A stretch of 64,000 nucleotides of DNA from positions 27,838,001 to 27,902,000 of the forward strand of contig OZ024757.1 in NCBI GenBank assembly GCA_964016885.1. Direction: 5' to 3'. This DNA comes from Eledone cirrhosa. Taxonomy: Eukaryota. Positions 1-10,636 of this stretch are shown here, one piece after another. The notes beneath the pieces are model-generated. The model was not told where the DNA came from, did no database searches, and saw only the letters and a list, made by a program, of their open reading frames with translations. The position numbers and the translations under genes are program-made. The stretch's first letter is position 1. Every line of letters starts with the position of its first letter.

Positions 1-2607
1 ACCCCACAGCCAGAAATAAATTTCAAAGCATATTACTTGATGCTTTCGACAGTAAGGAAGAGCATCTAGAATCGGACAATATAGAGGGACAGTGGAAATT
101 TCTGAAAGCTAACCTGCTGTTGGCGACAGACGAAGTCTGTGGCTGGAGCAGGCCTGTAGGCAGGAGGAGAGTAACATGGTGGTGGAACAGTAAGGTGGAG
201 GGGTCAATTAAGGCCAAAAAGCAGGCTTGGAAAGTATGGCGGGATGGGGGAAGTAGAGTAGACTATCAAGTGGCCAGGAGGGAAGCTAGGAGAGAAGTGT
301 ACTTAGCAAGAAGGGAAGCTGAGGAAAGAAAGTTCAAGCATGTTCTACAACGCGATGACCAAAAACGTGAGGTGTTCAGGATTGCCAGGCAATGCGTCAA
401 GGAAAACCGTGATATTGTCGGGGAGAAGTGTGTACTTAACGATGATGGCATACTTGCCATCACCGACACTGATAAGAAGGTAGCTTGGAAGTGTCACTAT
501 GAAAGGCTACTAAATGAGGAGAATAAATGGGAGAAAGACAGTCTCCCCCATATCGACCCGATAGAGGGACCAGCAGTGTTAGTCGAGGGGAGTATAATAA
601 GTAAGGCAATCAAGGATATGAAGACTGGTAAGGCGGCTGGGCCTTCGGAAATAGTTGCTGAGATGCTGAAGGCATCTGGCACGGTGGGACACACCATGGT
701 CACCCGCATAGTTAACCAAGTCGTACAGAATGGGGTTGTTCCGAAGGACTGGCATAGCAGCATCATCGTTAACTGTTATAAGGGTAAAGGAGACGCCCTA
801 GATAGGAGTAACTATAGAGGCATTAAATTAATCGACCAGGTCATGAAGGTCACGGAAAAAGTAATAGCGCAACTAATCAGAGAGAGAATTGATCTAGATG
901 AAATGCAGTTCGGGTTTGTGTCAGGCAAAAGCACCACAGACGCTCTTTTCATAGTACGACAACTACAGGAGAAGTACCTAGCTAAAGGTAAACCCCTCTA
1001 CTTAGCTTTTGTCGACCTGGAGAAAGCCTTCGACAGAGTCCCCCGCTCCATTATCTGGTGGGCTCTTAGAAAACTAGGCGTTGACGAATGGCTTGTGAGG
1101 GCTATACAAGCCATGTATAAAGAAACAGTCAGCAAGGTTAGAATTAACAACGAATATAGTGAAGAGTTTAGCGTAAAAGTTGGCGTCCATCAGGGCTCTG
1201 TTCTCAGCCCCCTACTATTTATTATTGCCCTTCAGGCTATAACAGAGGAGTTCAAGACAGGCTGCCCATGGGAACTCCTATACGCAGACGACCTGACACT
1301 CATAGCGGAATCAATGGCCGAGCTAGAGAAGAAATTCCAAACATGGAAGCACGGCCTAGAGTCAAAAGGACTTAAAATTAACCTGGCTAAGACCAAAGTT
1401 CTAGTTTGTAGGAAAGAAAACAAGGCGGCGGTCCCTTCTGGGAAATGGTCGTGCTCGGTATGTAGGAAAGGCGTAGGTAGAAACTCCATCTTATGTCCTA
1501 AATGCAAAGTATGGGTGCATAAAAGATGTAGTGGGATCACAGGTAAGCTAACTAAGAACATAGACTTTACATGTGGCCGGTGTTCTGGTGCAATAAGTAG
1601 CAGCAAGTGCCCACAAAATACTAGCTCTTTCAATTGCGCAGAGGGTTTTATAGAAATAGTGGACAGCTTCCGTTACCTGGGCGATAAAATCAGCAGTGGG
1701 GGAGGGTGCTCTGAAAGTACTGTAGCTAGAGTCAGAACTGGTTGGAAAAAGTTCAGAGAGCTTATACCACTATTAGCTGCTAAAGGGTTCTCCCTAAAAA
1801 TGAAAGGCAGGTTGTACGATGCCTGCATACGAACAGCAATGTTGCATGGTAGTGAGACCTGGGCATTGTGTGCAGAGGATATACGCAGACTAGAGAGGAA
1901 CGAAGCTTGCATGCTCCGCTGGATGTGTAACAGTAATATACGTGAACGGCAAAGCATAAACGAACTAAGGAAAAAATTAGAGATAAGAGGGATCAGATGT
2001 TGTTTACTCGAGAGAAGGCTGCGTTGGTATGGACACGTGATGCGCATGAAAGTCGATAGCTGTATTACAAAGTGCAGGGCAATAAAGATAGACGGTAGCC
2101 ACGGAATAGGCAGACCTAGAAAAACATGGGATGAGCTGATAAACTCCGACCTCACACACTTACACCTCTCCAAGACAATGTCACTGGACCGTGACCTTTG
2201 GCGGTACTCAGTAACAGAGAAGACCCGCCTTGCCAGTAGGCATCTCTAACAAAATACACCCCTCCCGCCGCCACCCCCACCCCATCCACACCACCCCGTT
2301 CTATGTAAAGTTATGTTGGTGCCGCGCCATCCAGGCCGAAACAAATGAGATCGTGTAGGTGTCACGACAAAAAAACACACAGTCCACGCTGTAATGTGGC
2401 CGTGTAGGCAACACGGTAAAAACCTCCCAGACCCACACTGTAAATGTGGTTGGTGTTAGGAAGGGCATCCAACTGTAGAAAACCTGCCAGACAGTCCTAT
2501 GCGAGCAAGACAATCACTCTTGCCTCAAGTGGGACTACCCCCGTCCAAACCCATGCAAGCGTGGAACACGGACGTTAAACGTTGATGATGATGATGATGA
2601 TGATGAT
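1..2607 (+). mobile_element. RTE-clade non-LTR retrotransposon (LINE), 3' 2.6 kb; 5' part lies outside the window
   Basis: Uninterrupted RT ORF, about 330 nt of 3' UTR and a (GAT)n tail at ~2583-2607 running into a (TA)n tract. RTE-type C-terminal motifs LHGSETW, RRLRWYGHVMR and GRPRKTW are present. Confidence 0.93.
3..2249 (+). CDS. LINE ORF (partial): linker + reverse transcriptase with internal PHD-type zinc finger + RTE C-terminal domain
   Basis: The frame is open from base 3 (PTARNKFQSILLDAF...) to TAA at 2249, so the ORF-track start at 120 is not the real start. RT motifs: KAAGPSEI, NYRGIKL, QFGF, FVDLEKAFDRV, GVHQGSVLSPLLF, YADD (1281-1292), KTKV, FRYLG. Confidence 0.95.
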   Translation, partial: PTARNKFQSILLDAFDSKEEHLESDNIEGQWKFLKANLLLATDEVCGWSRPVGRRRVTWWWNSKVEGSIKAKKQAWKVWRDGGSRVDYQVARREARREVYLARREAEERKFKHVLQRDDQKREVFRIARQCVKENRDIVGEKCVLNDDGILAITDTDKKVAWKCHYERLLNEENKWEKDSLPHIDPIEGPAVLVEGSIISKAIKDMKTGKAAGPSEIVAEMLKASGTVGHTMVTRIVNQVVQNGVVPKDWHSSIIVNCYKGKGDALDRSNYRGIKLIDQVMKVTEKVIAQLIRERIDLDEMQFGFVSGKSTTDALFIVRQLQEKYLAKGKPLYLAFVDLEKAFDRVPRSIIWWALRKLGVDEWLVRAIQAMYKETVSKVRINNEYSEEFSVKVGVHQGSVLSPLLFIIALQAITEEFKTGCPWELLYADDLTLIAESMAELEKKFQTWKHGLESKGLKINLAKTKVLVCRKENKAAVPSGKWSCSVCRKGVGRNSILCPKCKVWVHKRCSGITGKLTKNIDFTCGRCSGAISSSKCPQNTSSFNCAEGFIEIVDSFRYLGDKISSGGGCSESTVARVRTGWKKFRELIPLLAAKGFSLKMKGRLYDACIRTAMLHGSETWALCAEDIRRLERNEACMLRWMCNSNIRERQSINELRKKLEIRGIRCCLLERRLRWYGHVMRMKVDSCITKCRAIKIDGSHGIGRPRKTWDELINSDLTHLHLSKTMSLDRDLWRYSVTEKTRLASRHL

Positions 2608-2619
2608 ATATATATATAT

Positions 2620-2711
2620 AAAGTTACCTTTGCTTTTTCTTCGGAAATACTTAACATATATATATATATATATGTGTTAAGTATTTCCGAAGAAAAAGCA
2701 AAGGTAACTTT
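2620..2711. repeat. Perfect 37-bp inverted repeat around a (TA)n spacer
   Basis: aaagttacctttgctttttcttcggaaatacttaaca (2620-2656) is the reverse complement of 2675-2711. Confidence 0.95.
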
Positions 2712-2775
2712 TTTATCCGATGAGCCAACTAGATGTATGCTAATATTTGAGGTCCTGAAACCTTTGGTAATGGAG

Positions 2776-2945
2776 TATATATACATATATATATGTATAT
2801 ATATACATATATATATTCATATATATGTATATATACATATATATATACACATATATATATATATATATACATATATATGTATATATATATGTATATATAC
2901 ATATATATACATATATATGTATATATACATATATATATGTATATA

Positions 2946-2987
<42 letters not shown>

Positions 2988-3138
2988 TACATATATATAT
3001 ATATATACATATATACATATATATACATATATACATATATATACATATATACATATATATATATGTATATATACATATATATATATACATATATATATAC
3101 TTATATATACATATATATATATACATATATACATATAT
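2776..3138. repeat. (TA)n/(TACA)-type compound microsatellite
   Basis: Direct reading of the sequence. Confidence 0.97.
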
Positions 3139-3206
3139 AAGCCAGAATCAGTTCCTGTCCCACCTTTGCAAGCAGGGAAAAGTGGACGTAAAATGATGAT
3201 GATGAT
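3139..3206 (+). mobile_element. Very short 5'-truncated RTE-type 3' tail (SINE/LINE end)
   Basis: agccagaatcagttcctgtcccacc...ggacgtaaaa(tga)n matches the tails of the SINEs at 10637 and 52745. Confidence 0.8.
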
Positions 3207-3213
3207 ACACATA

Positions 3214-3350
3214 CAGGGTAAACCAAAGGTCGCAATACATAGGAAAAATGATTACATTTTTAAGTTTCCGTTTTTATTCATTTTTTTTAACGTGCTCTTT
3301 TCTATTAAAACAATTATATCCATATGCATCACAACTTTTGGTCCACCCTG
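3214..3350. mobile_element. Tc1/mariner-type MITE
   Basis: Imperfect TIRs cagggtaaaccaaaggtcg / caacttttggtccaccctg, flanked by TA on both sides. Confidence 0.75.
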
Positions 3351-3690
3351 TATATATATATATATATGAGAGAGATGAGATGTTACTAGTTATTACCAGT
3401 AAGATGATTATTCAACTTATTACTCTTCACAATGTAGATATAGGGATTGTTTGTGCGATGGCTAAACTTAAATCATTTCATAGCAAATGAGAAATTTTTT
3501 GTTTGTAATTAAAACAGTTTAAGCTTAATTAAATTGTCCTCAGTGCATTACTGGTACTTTATTTTATTGACAGTCAAATTGAGTGAACACTTTAGTTTTG
3601 CTGAAATGTAGATATAAAACAATAATGGTTTGTACAATTAACTGTATATTAGAATTGGTACACACACACACACACATCTATATATATATT

Positions 3691-3801
3691 ATAAAGAGTC
3701 AGGACCCAATAGTTGAGCTCCTGCCATTTTAACAGCTAGTTCGAGTCTGGAACTAGCTGTTGAAACGGCAAGAGCTCAACCATCAGGTCCCGACTCTTTA
3801 T
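3691..3801. repeat. Imperfect hairpin with ~52-bp arms and a 7-nt loop
   Basis: 3691-3742 pairs with 3750-3801; I count 7 mismatches, all transitions. Confidence 0.9.
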
Positions 3802-5105
3802 TAATATAACCATACTCTACTACCCCAAGTATTGAGTACTCTGTTGAGTAATGGTTTAACCAGTTTCAAACTGAATCCATCCTGATTTATATCTATGCAC
3901 ACACATCTCTCTCTCTCTGCATATATATATATATATATATATATATTTGTATGTATATACACAAACACACACTATTTTTTGTGATAACAATATCAATTAT
4001 TTCTTTGAACCAATACAGTGAAAGCAATTTGTAACTTCATTCCTCATTAATTTGCAACAAAAAATGCATTAAAATTTTATTTTTCTCTTTTTTATTACTA
4101 GTAATTTCTTTTTTTATTCTTTTGTATGTATTTTGTGTTTTAATCAATTTCTGTATTGAGTGATATAAATTGATTTTTATTTCAATTGTTACAACTGAGA
4201 AAACGAGGTTGGGGTTGGTTTGCCATATCTGATATCAGTCTGCTGTATTTGTTTAGCTCAAACTGTTCAACAGTTACATCACACTATAATATTCTCCTAA
4301 CACACATTTAAAAACAAAAATATGTAATCTATCTAATGGAATGAGCAGTTTGCAGTCATCCGAATACTACATTGTTTTACCATCATTATCATTATTATTA
4401 TTATATTTTTTATTATTGTTATGGCAAGGGCTTGGCAGAATCATTAAAGCATTGAACAAATTGCTTTGCAGTATTTAGTTTCAACTCTTTACAGTTGTGT
4501 CTTTACAAATCCTGCCACAGTTAGCTTTGTCTTGTATCCTTCTGGGGCTCGATAAAATAAAGTACCAGTCTAGTAATGGGGTTGATTTAACTCTTTTGAT
4601 ACCAACCCAGTTAAAACTGGCCTTGGTTCTATGAAAAGAAAAATCAAGATTTCAAATGATTCTTGTTTATAACTTCCAACATGGTATTATACAAGAACCA
4701 TATGTTAAGTTATTATATTAGGAACGAAATAATTAATTATTTGAGTAAATCATTCAAAATTCATCATTAATTGAAAGAGAGCATATTTCATTATATGAAA
4801 GGGTTAATCAACATTCCCTCCCTCAAATTGTTGGCTTTGTGCTTAAATTATAAATCACTATTATTAGTCAGCATGGCCACAATCCATGTGCTAGAGAAAA
4901 GTAGTTTTGTTTTATTGCATACTGTCACAAGCACAACACTGTGTGCCTAGGGTATGTGCAGTGTTATGTGTTGGTGTTGTTGTTTCTATTGTATTGACAC
5001 AACTATACATAACATATGTGAAGTGCCTACAGATAGTACTGCCCTATTAAGGGGAACCTCAGCAACCAGAGACCTCGTATTATATCAGAGTTATAAAATA
5101 ATAAT

Positions 5106-5285
5106 TGTTTCTATTTTTGGCACAAGGCCAGCAATTACCCAGTGCATTACTGGTACTTTATTTTATCGACCCCGTAAGGAGGAAAGGCAAAGTCAACCTC
5201 GGCGGGATTTGAACTCAGATCATTAAGGGACGTAACTATGCTGGAAAGCATGGCGTCCAACCCTCTACCGATACTGCCAATCCAC
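5106..5285 (-). mobile_element. tRNA-headed SINE (family 1), young copy
   Basis: Minus strand has an A-box-like ggattggcagtatcggtaga, a B box gagttcaaatcc and a core gactttgcctttcctccttacggggtcgataaaataaagtaccag. An 18-bp target-site duplication gagttataaaataataat lies at 5088-5105 and 5286-5303. Confidence 0.9.
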
Positions 5286-5535
5286 GAGTTATAAAATAAT
5301 AATGTACTATATATACACACACATACACACACACACACACACACAATTACTAAGAAGAATCCTCAAAGGAGTATTTGTCATTTCATCTCACATTTATCTC
5401 CCCTAAAAAAATGTTTTTGTTTCCCATCCTTTTAAGCTCCTTTCTAATTTAAATCCTTCAAAAATATCTTTGGTGGAAAAACAAAATCTCTTGAAAATAG
5501 ATTTGCACCAAAACATTTTCTTTTATATATATATT

Positions 5536-5603
<68 letters not shown>

Positions 5604-6183
5604 CCCTAATTTTACTTGAACTGAAGGTTCCAGAAGTGGGGTGTCCCCTACCTACCATTCTCAAGAGAAATGGGAGCACACCATGAGTGGTAAAGAGATT
5701 GTGCTGGGTGCATGTGTTGGTGGGGTTGGGGGGGGGGTGACAGACAGTATGTTAGGGTACAGTTATGTTACATGCTGCTGCTGCTGCCAGTCCAGGTCAT
5801 GTGATGGTATTTACAGCTAGATTTCAGCTATCAATTTTTTATTTTATTTTATTTTTATTTTTCATCATTATTATTTTTTTTTTTAGTTTAACTCAGAACA
5901 CCACCTGGCAACAGAATACAATACGTAGTGGTGTAAGGACATATCAAATGTGTTTCTATTGTATCTATTGTATTCTGCTTCATTGCTGAATAAGTTGTAG
6001 TAGCTAGATTCTGTTACCTTGGTAACCTAAATTGGTTGGATTTACTTAGAAAGAGAGATAGATAGATTAAGAGAGAAAGGGAGATTGTGTGTGTGCCTGT
6101 GTGTGTTAAAGCCAAGGTAACAAAGAAGCAAAACAAAAGCAGGGTAAAATTGTTAATCTTGGTTGGCTCCAAAGGTTTCTTAC

Positions 6184-6814
6184 AACCCTTTTGTTACCAT
6201 ATTTCCAATGAAAAACACTCTTTATTATTTGGAGCATAGCTTAAAACATTACTTTATAAAATTAAGATAAAAGTGTTTCAGATAAATTCTCACTTTAGCA
6301 TTTAAACCGTCTGTATCCGGCTTAACCCATTTGCATTTAAACCGTTTGTATCCAGCTTAACCCTTTAGCATTTAAACCATCTGTATCCGGCCAGAATTCT
6401 CTCACCTCTTTCAGTTCAAACCGGTTGTAACTGCCACTTTTCCAGACGTTAAAGTATTGTTCTCAAAATAAATAATTGTTTCTACTTTTGGCACAAGGCC
6501 AGCAATTACCCAGTACATTACTGGTACTTTATTTTATCGACCCCCGTAAGGATGAAAGGCAAAGTTAACCTCGACGGGATTTGAACTCAGACCGTAAAGG
6601 GACGTAACTATGCTGGAAAGCATGGCGTCCGACCCTCTAGCGATACTGCCAATTCACCAAAATAAATAATATCAAAATCTCAAAGATTCGATATTATGTG
6701 GGATATATACAATAGTATATATAGAGTAATGTAAATGCTAAAGGGTTAAGACAGGCAGTTTTTGTAATGTGCAACCAGGAGTGGTTGCATGCTGTTTGGT
6801 ATCAAAAGGGTTAA
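6184..6814. mobile_element. Nested stack: TTAA/CCC-ended MITE family B containing MITE family A, which contains a SINE
   Basis: Outer ends aacccttttgttaccatatttc and ggtatcaaaagggttaa. Inner MITE ttaaccctttagcattt...aatgctaaagggttaa spans ~6357-6749. Confidence 0.75.
6477..6657 (-). mobile_element. tRNA-headed SINE (family 1) inserted into MITE family A
   Basis: Near-identical to 5106-5285. TSD caaaataaataat on both sides. The empty site (ttctcaaaataaataatatcaaaatctc) is visible in the MITE copy at ~39235. Confidence 0.9.
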
Positions 6815-9504
6815 TGTAAGAATTTTTAATTTATGTTCCAAATATTAGCTTGTTATTAGCTTAATGAGAAAGTTAGTTATATTACAAACTCTTGATTTGG
6901 AAGTTATATGCAGTGTTTTTCGTTAGAAATACGGTAACGAGTGAGTTAAATGAATTTTCCTTAAAACCCCACCTCCTTCCTCATTACTCTCCTCCCAGTC
7001 CCAAAGCTTTGTTTGGTCTTCTATCTTCTGTGAATTCTACATTGATAAAACACAGCACTTAGTTTCACTTACATACCTTTACCATTGCTAAGTGGCTGAT
7101 ATCTTTCTAATAAAAGACACTGCCTAGAATTTTTAGATAATCAAGAATTTGAGAAGATTTCGTACTATAACTAATTTTATTATTTTTCTGGTACTTAGTG
7201 CATAACTTAAAAAAAGGTTCTTACAAAAAATTATAATGGAAGGTTTTGAGATAAATGTGTGTTGGACCTCTGCTATTTCCCACAAGTGCTCCAGTTGATT
7301 CAATCAATGGAACAGCCTGCTTCTGAAATTAATGTGTAAGTAGCTGAGCATTCCACAGGCACGTGTACCCTTAGGGTAGTTCTTAAGGAAATTCCACACG
7401 GCACAATGTGTAACAAGGCTGGCTCCTTGAATTATAGGTGCAACTTACTTTTGCTAACTGAATGGACTGAAGCTACGTGAAATGAAAGTGTCATGTTCAA
7501 GGACATAATGCACTACCTGCTCTGGGAATTGAACTCAAGACCTAAGAATCATGAGACCAGCATTATGTCACGAGCCTTCACTGTTTGATAAATATAAACT
7601 CTTTAAAAGAAAAAAGATTTGTAACATAGAAACAGGGGTTGTGTCAAGAGATTTTGTATCGAAAGGGTTAATGTAATTTGAAACCCTTAAGCTACATTGA
7701 GTTAAAGATATCTTGCACAGTCCTTTTTTGCAGGAGTCATAAAGAATCATACTATTACTGCTGTGATGTTGTTTTCACAGCTGTCATGGACACACAGACA
7801 GGCAGGCTGGCACCATTTATTAATAAATTAAGAATAATGATAAAGAGATTAACTCCTCCTACTAAAATGGAAGCTGTTGTTTTAGTTTACACAAACTGGG
7901 AAATCCTACAGAATTAGTGATTGTTGTCGTTATTGTTACTGTTTAGCTCCAGGTCAGCCCTGATAGGGACACATGACTTCTCACACATATACATATTCAA
8001 GATCTTGTCCCAGCATGGCTGCAGTTTACTGACTGAAATTATTAAAAGAATAAGCAATAGTGCTGATTCCACAACAAAAAGCACCCAGTTCACCCTGTAA
8101 TTGTTAATGCTGAAGTCATAGTAAATGCTCCAAGTCCATGCTGTAAAGTGGTTGCTGTTAAGAAGGGCATCTAGCCTAGCATAAATAGGCAGGAATTGCT
8201 TTGTCAGTGGGGTTTTGCATCCCTGGACATGGAAAGTTCTGTATGGCTTTCTAGTATACCAAGTTGGTAGACACAAGTGATGCAGTAGTAAAGCTCAAAC
8301 TTTCTGTGATGCATGATATCACATTGAAGAGTGGGTAAGCTAGGCCTGACCAATTTACAGGGAACATATACTGGTGTTGATTCAAATTGAAAAAAAAAAA
8401 GGTGTTTTCATCCAACATTTTCTAGCTGAGAAAATGGACATTGAATGACGATAATGATGAAACTATTTAATCATATGTCGGCTTCAAATACAGAGTGGGA
8501 GAGAAGAGAAGAAAATGTATTGTTGTGTGAAGGATTACACTGGTTGTAGTCTCTGTTTTAAACACATCTTCCTAGCTCCTATCCTCCCAACTCTTCCATA
8601 GTTCCAAGTTAAAACAGGTTGGCTTTGTTAGGCAATAAAATATTAAATTCTTTTTCACACAATAATATTTCTGATTTCGTAAGAACCTCTCTCTGTGTGT
8701 ATGTTGTGTATGTGTGTATATATATATGTGTATGTGTTATGTGTTGTGTTATATGTGTATGTGTGTGTTATGTGTTATGTGTGTATGTTATGTCTATCTC
8801 ATTTATTATCAATAAAATCCTATCACTTGGCACCTTTCAGTCTTGTATTTTCAATTAAATTTCTCCTAATCTCACTTTTTCTCTGTCTCTGTCTGTCTAC
8901 CCCCTCTCTCACCCTCTCTCTGTCTCTCTATCTATCTCTCTCTCTCTGCTCCTATCAGTCTTTCTCTTTATGTCAGTCTGTCTTTCCTTATCTATCTATC
9001 TCAAACACACACTCACACACATACACACACACACACACATGTATGTGTTTAGTGCATTGAGTAGATCAGATAGACATGGCCATCAACTAAACATTTAATA
9101 GCTGAGTAAATATAGCATGACATGCTACCCCTTCTTCTTAGCTGCTGGGGTGGGTGGTTCTAAGTTTATATCCTGTTACTGTTGTGCACACTCCTTACTT
9201 AATATATTATGGTGGACTCTCTCATTTAGAACAACATATGAGTGTCCAGTTGTTTGATCAACAGAACAACCTGCTTATTGAATTGGCTGAGTATTCCACA
9301 GACATGTATATACCCTTAACCCATTTCTCAAGTGGAATCTGCATGGTTCAGTGTGATATGGCTGAACCTTTGAATTACTGGTACAGCCTATCTGATGGGT
9401 TTTTATGCAATTTCTATCTCCTCACATTCCCAGAACATATCACAATTGCATTCTTTCCAACAATGCCACCTTTCATTTACATAATATACTAAACCCATGA
9501 TTGG

Positions 9505-9780
9505 GTCATCATCATCATCATCAACATCCTGTTATATCCATTTTTCAACAGCACAGCCACTTATTGCTTTCTTTTATTATCTCCTCTGTTAGGTTCAACA
9601 TTTTAAGATCTGCTCACACCATTTCTACCCAGGCTTTCTTTTACTGTAACTACCTCCCACTAAGAGCTGCTGGCACTTCTTCACCCACTGATCATCATCC
9701 ATATGCATCCCATATCCACACCACAGCAGTCTTCTCTCTTATACCCAGTTTGTTTTTTTCTCAGCTCATCCATGCTTGAC
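9505..9780 (-). mobile_element. Degenerate RTE LINE 3' fragment
   Basis: Minus strand reads WVEMV*ADLKMLNLTEEIIKESNKW, like the fragment at 58966, and ends in a (GAT)n tail. Confidence 0.65.
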
Positions 9781-10572
9781 TCCTCGTGTGATGATTTATG
9801 AATAGAGATTTGCTCTAATGCTCCAGTTGACAACTGGATATCTGTCCTCTTTTATGAATTATACTTTGTAGAGTTCACAATGAACAGATAATTGCAAGAG
9901 TATAGACTTTCTTAGTTGATAACATTATAAGTTTTAAAAAATAAAGATCAACTCTTTTGTTACAATATTTCTAATGATTTTCAAATAATTTTGAAAATTA
10001 TCAAAAATTTGATGGCATTAATTTTATGATGTTTGGAACATAAAAGTTCTTATATAGAAAATTATGATGGACGGTTTTTTTTAGATATATATACATACAC
10101 TTTAGCAAATTTATTACCATATTTCTAATGAAAGACTCTGTTTTCAAATAAAGGCATTTAGTAATATAACAAACATTCTCATTATTAAGTTGATGTTTGG
10201 AACAAAAGCTGGGATGGCTCTTTCAACACGTCTCCCTCACCATACTTCGGGGAAATGCCTTCTCTATTCTGTCCACTGGGACTGCGGGCTGGCCAGCGTG
10301 GGGGCCCCCATTTACCTATAATAGTGAGTGATGGGGAGAGCGTTAGAGACGGAAGCAGTGAGTAAGAGAGAGTCATGGGACGTACTATTACTATTACTAA
10401 CTTCATAAACTATTTCAATACAAAATGACTACCACCTTTAAATCAAGTTCTTACATAAAATAATGATGGAAGGTTTTTAGATAAATATAAACACTTAAAA
10501 ACAAAGTTTTATATCACATGATTAGGCATAGTTCAGATAGTTTGGTATCAAAACAGTTAAATTTTATTGGGC

Positions 10573-10593
10573 ATCTTTTCAGATTACCTTGTG

Positions 10594-10624
<31 letters not shown>

Positions 10625-10636
10625 ATCTGAAAAGAT
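10573..10636. repeat. Perfect 18-bp inverted repeat around a (TA)n spacer, abutting a SINE tail
   Basis: atcttttcagattacctt (10573-10590) and aaggtaatctgaaaagat (10619-10636). Confidence 0.93.

Noticed and set aside
120-122. TTG start of the 709-aa ORF
   Set aside because: The frame stays open to the window edge, so the real start is upstream.
2716-2765. Hammerhead-like ccgatgag...tgaaacc
   Set aside because: The core is altered and no convincing stems I-III form.
5660-5700. Possible first PKN coding exon (atgggagcacaccatgagtg|gtaaag)
   Set aside because: Neither ATG gives the phase-0 end needed by the exon at 15597, and there is no homology support.
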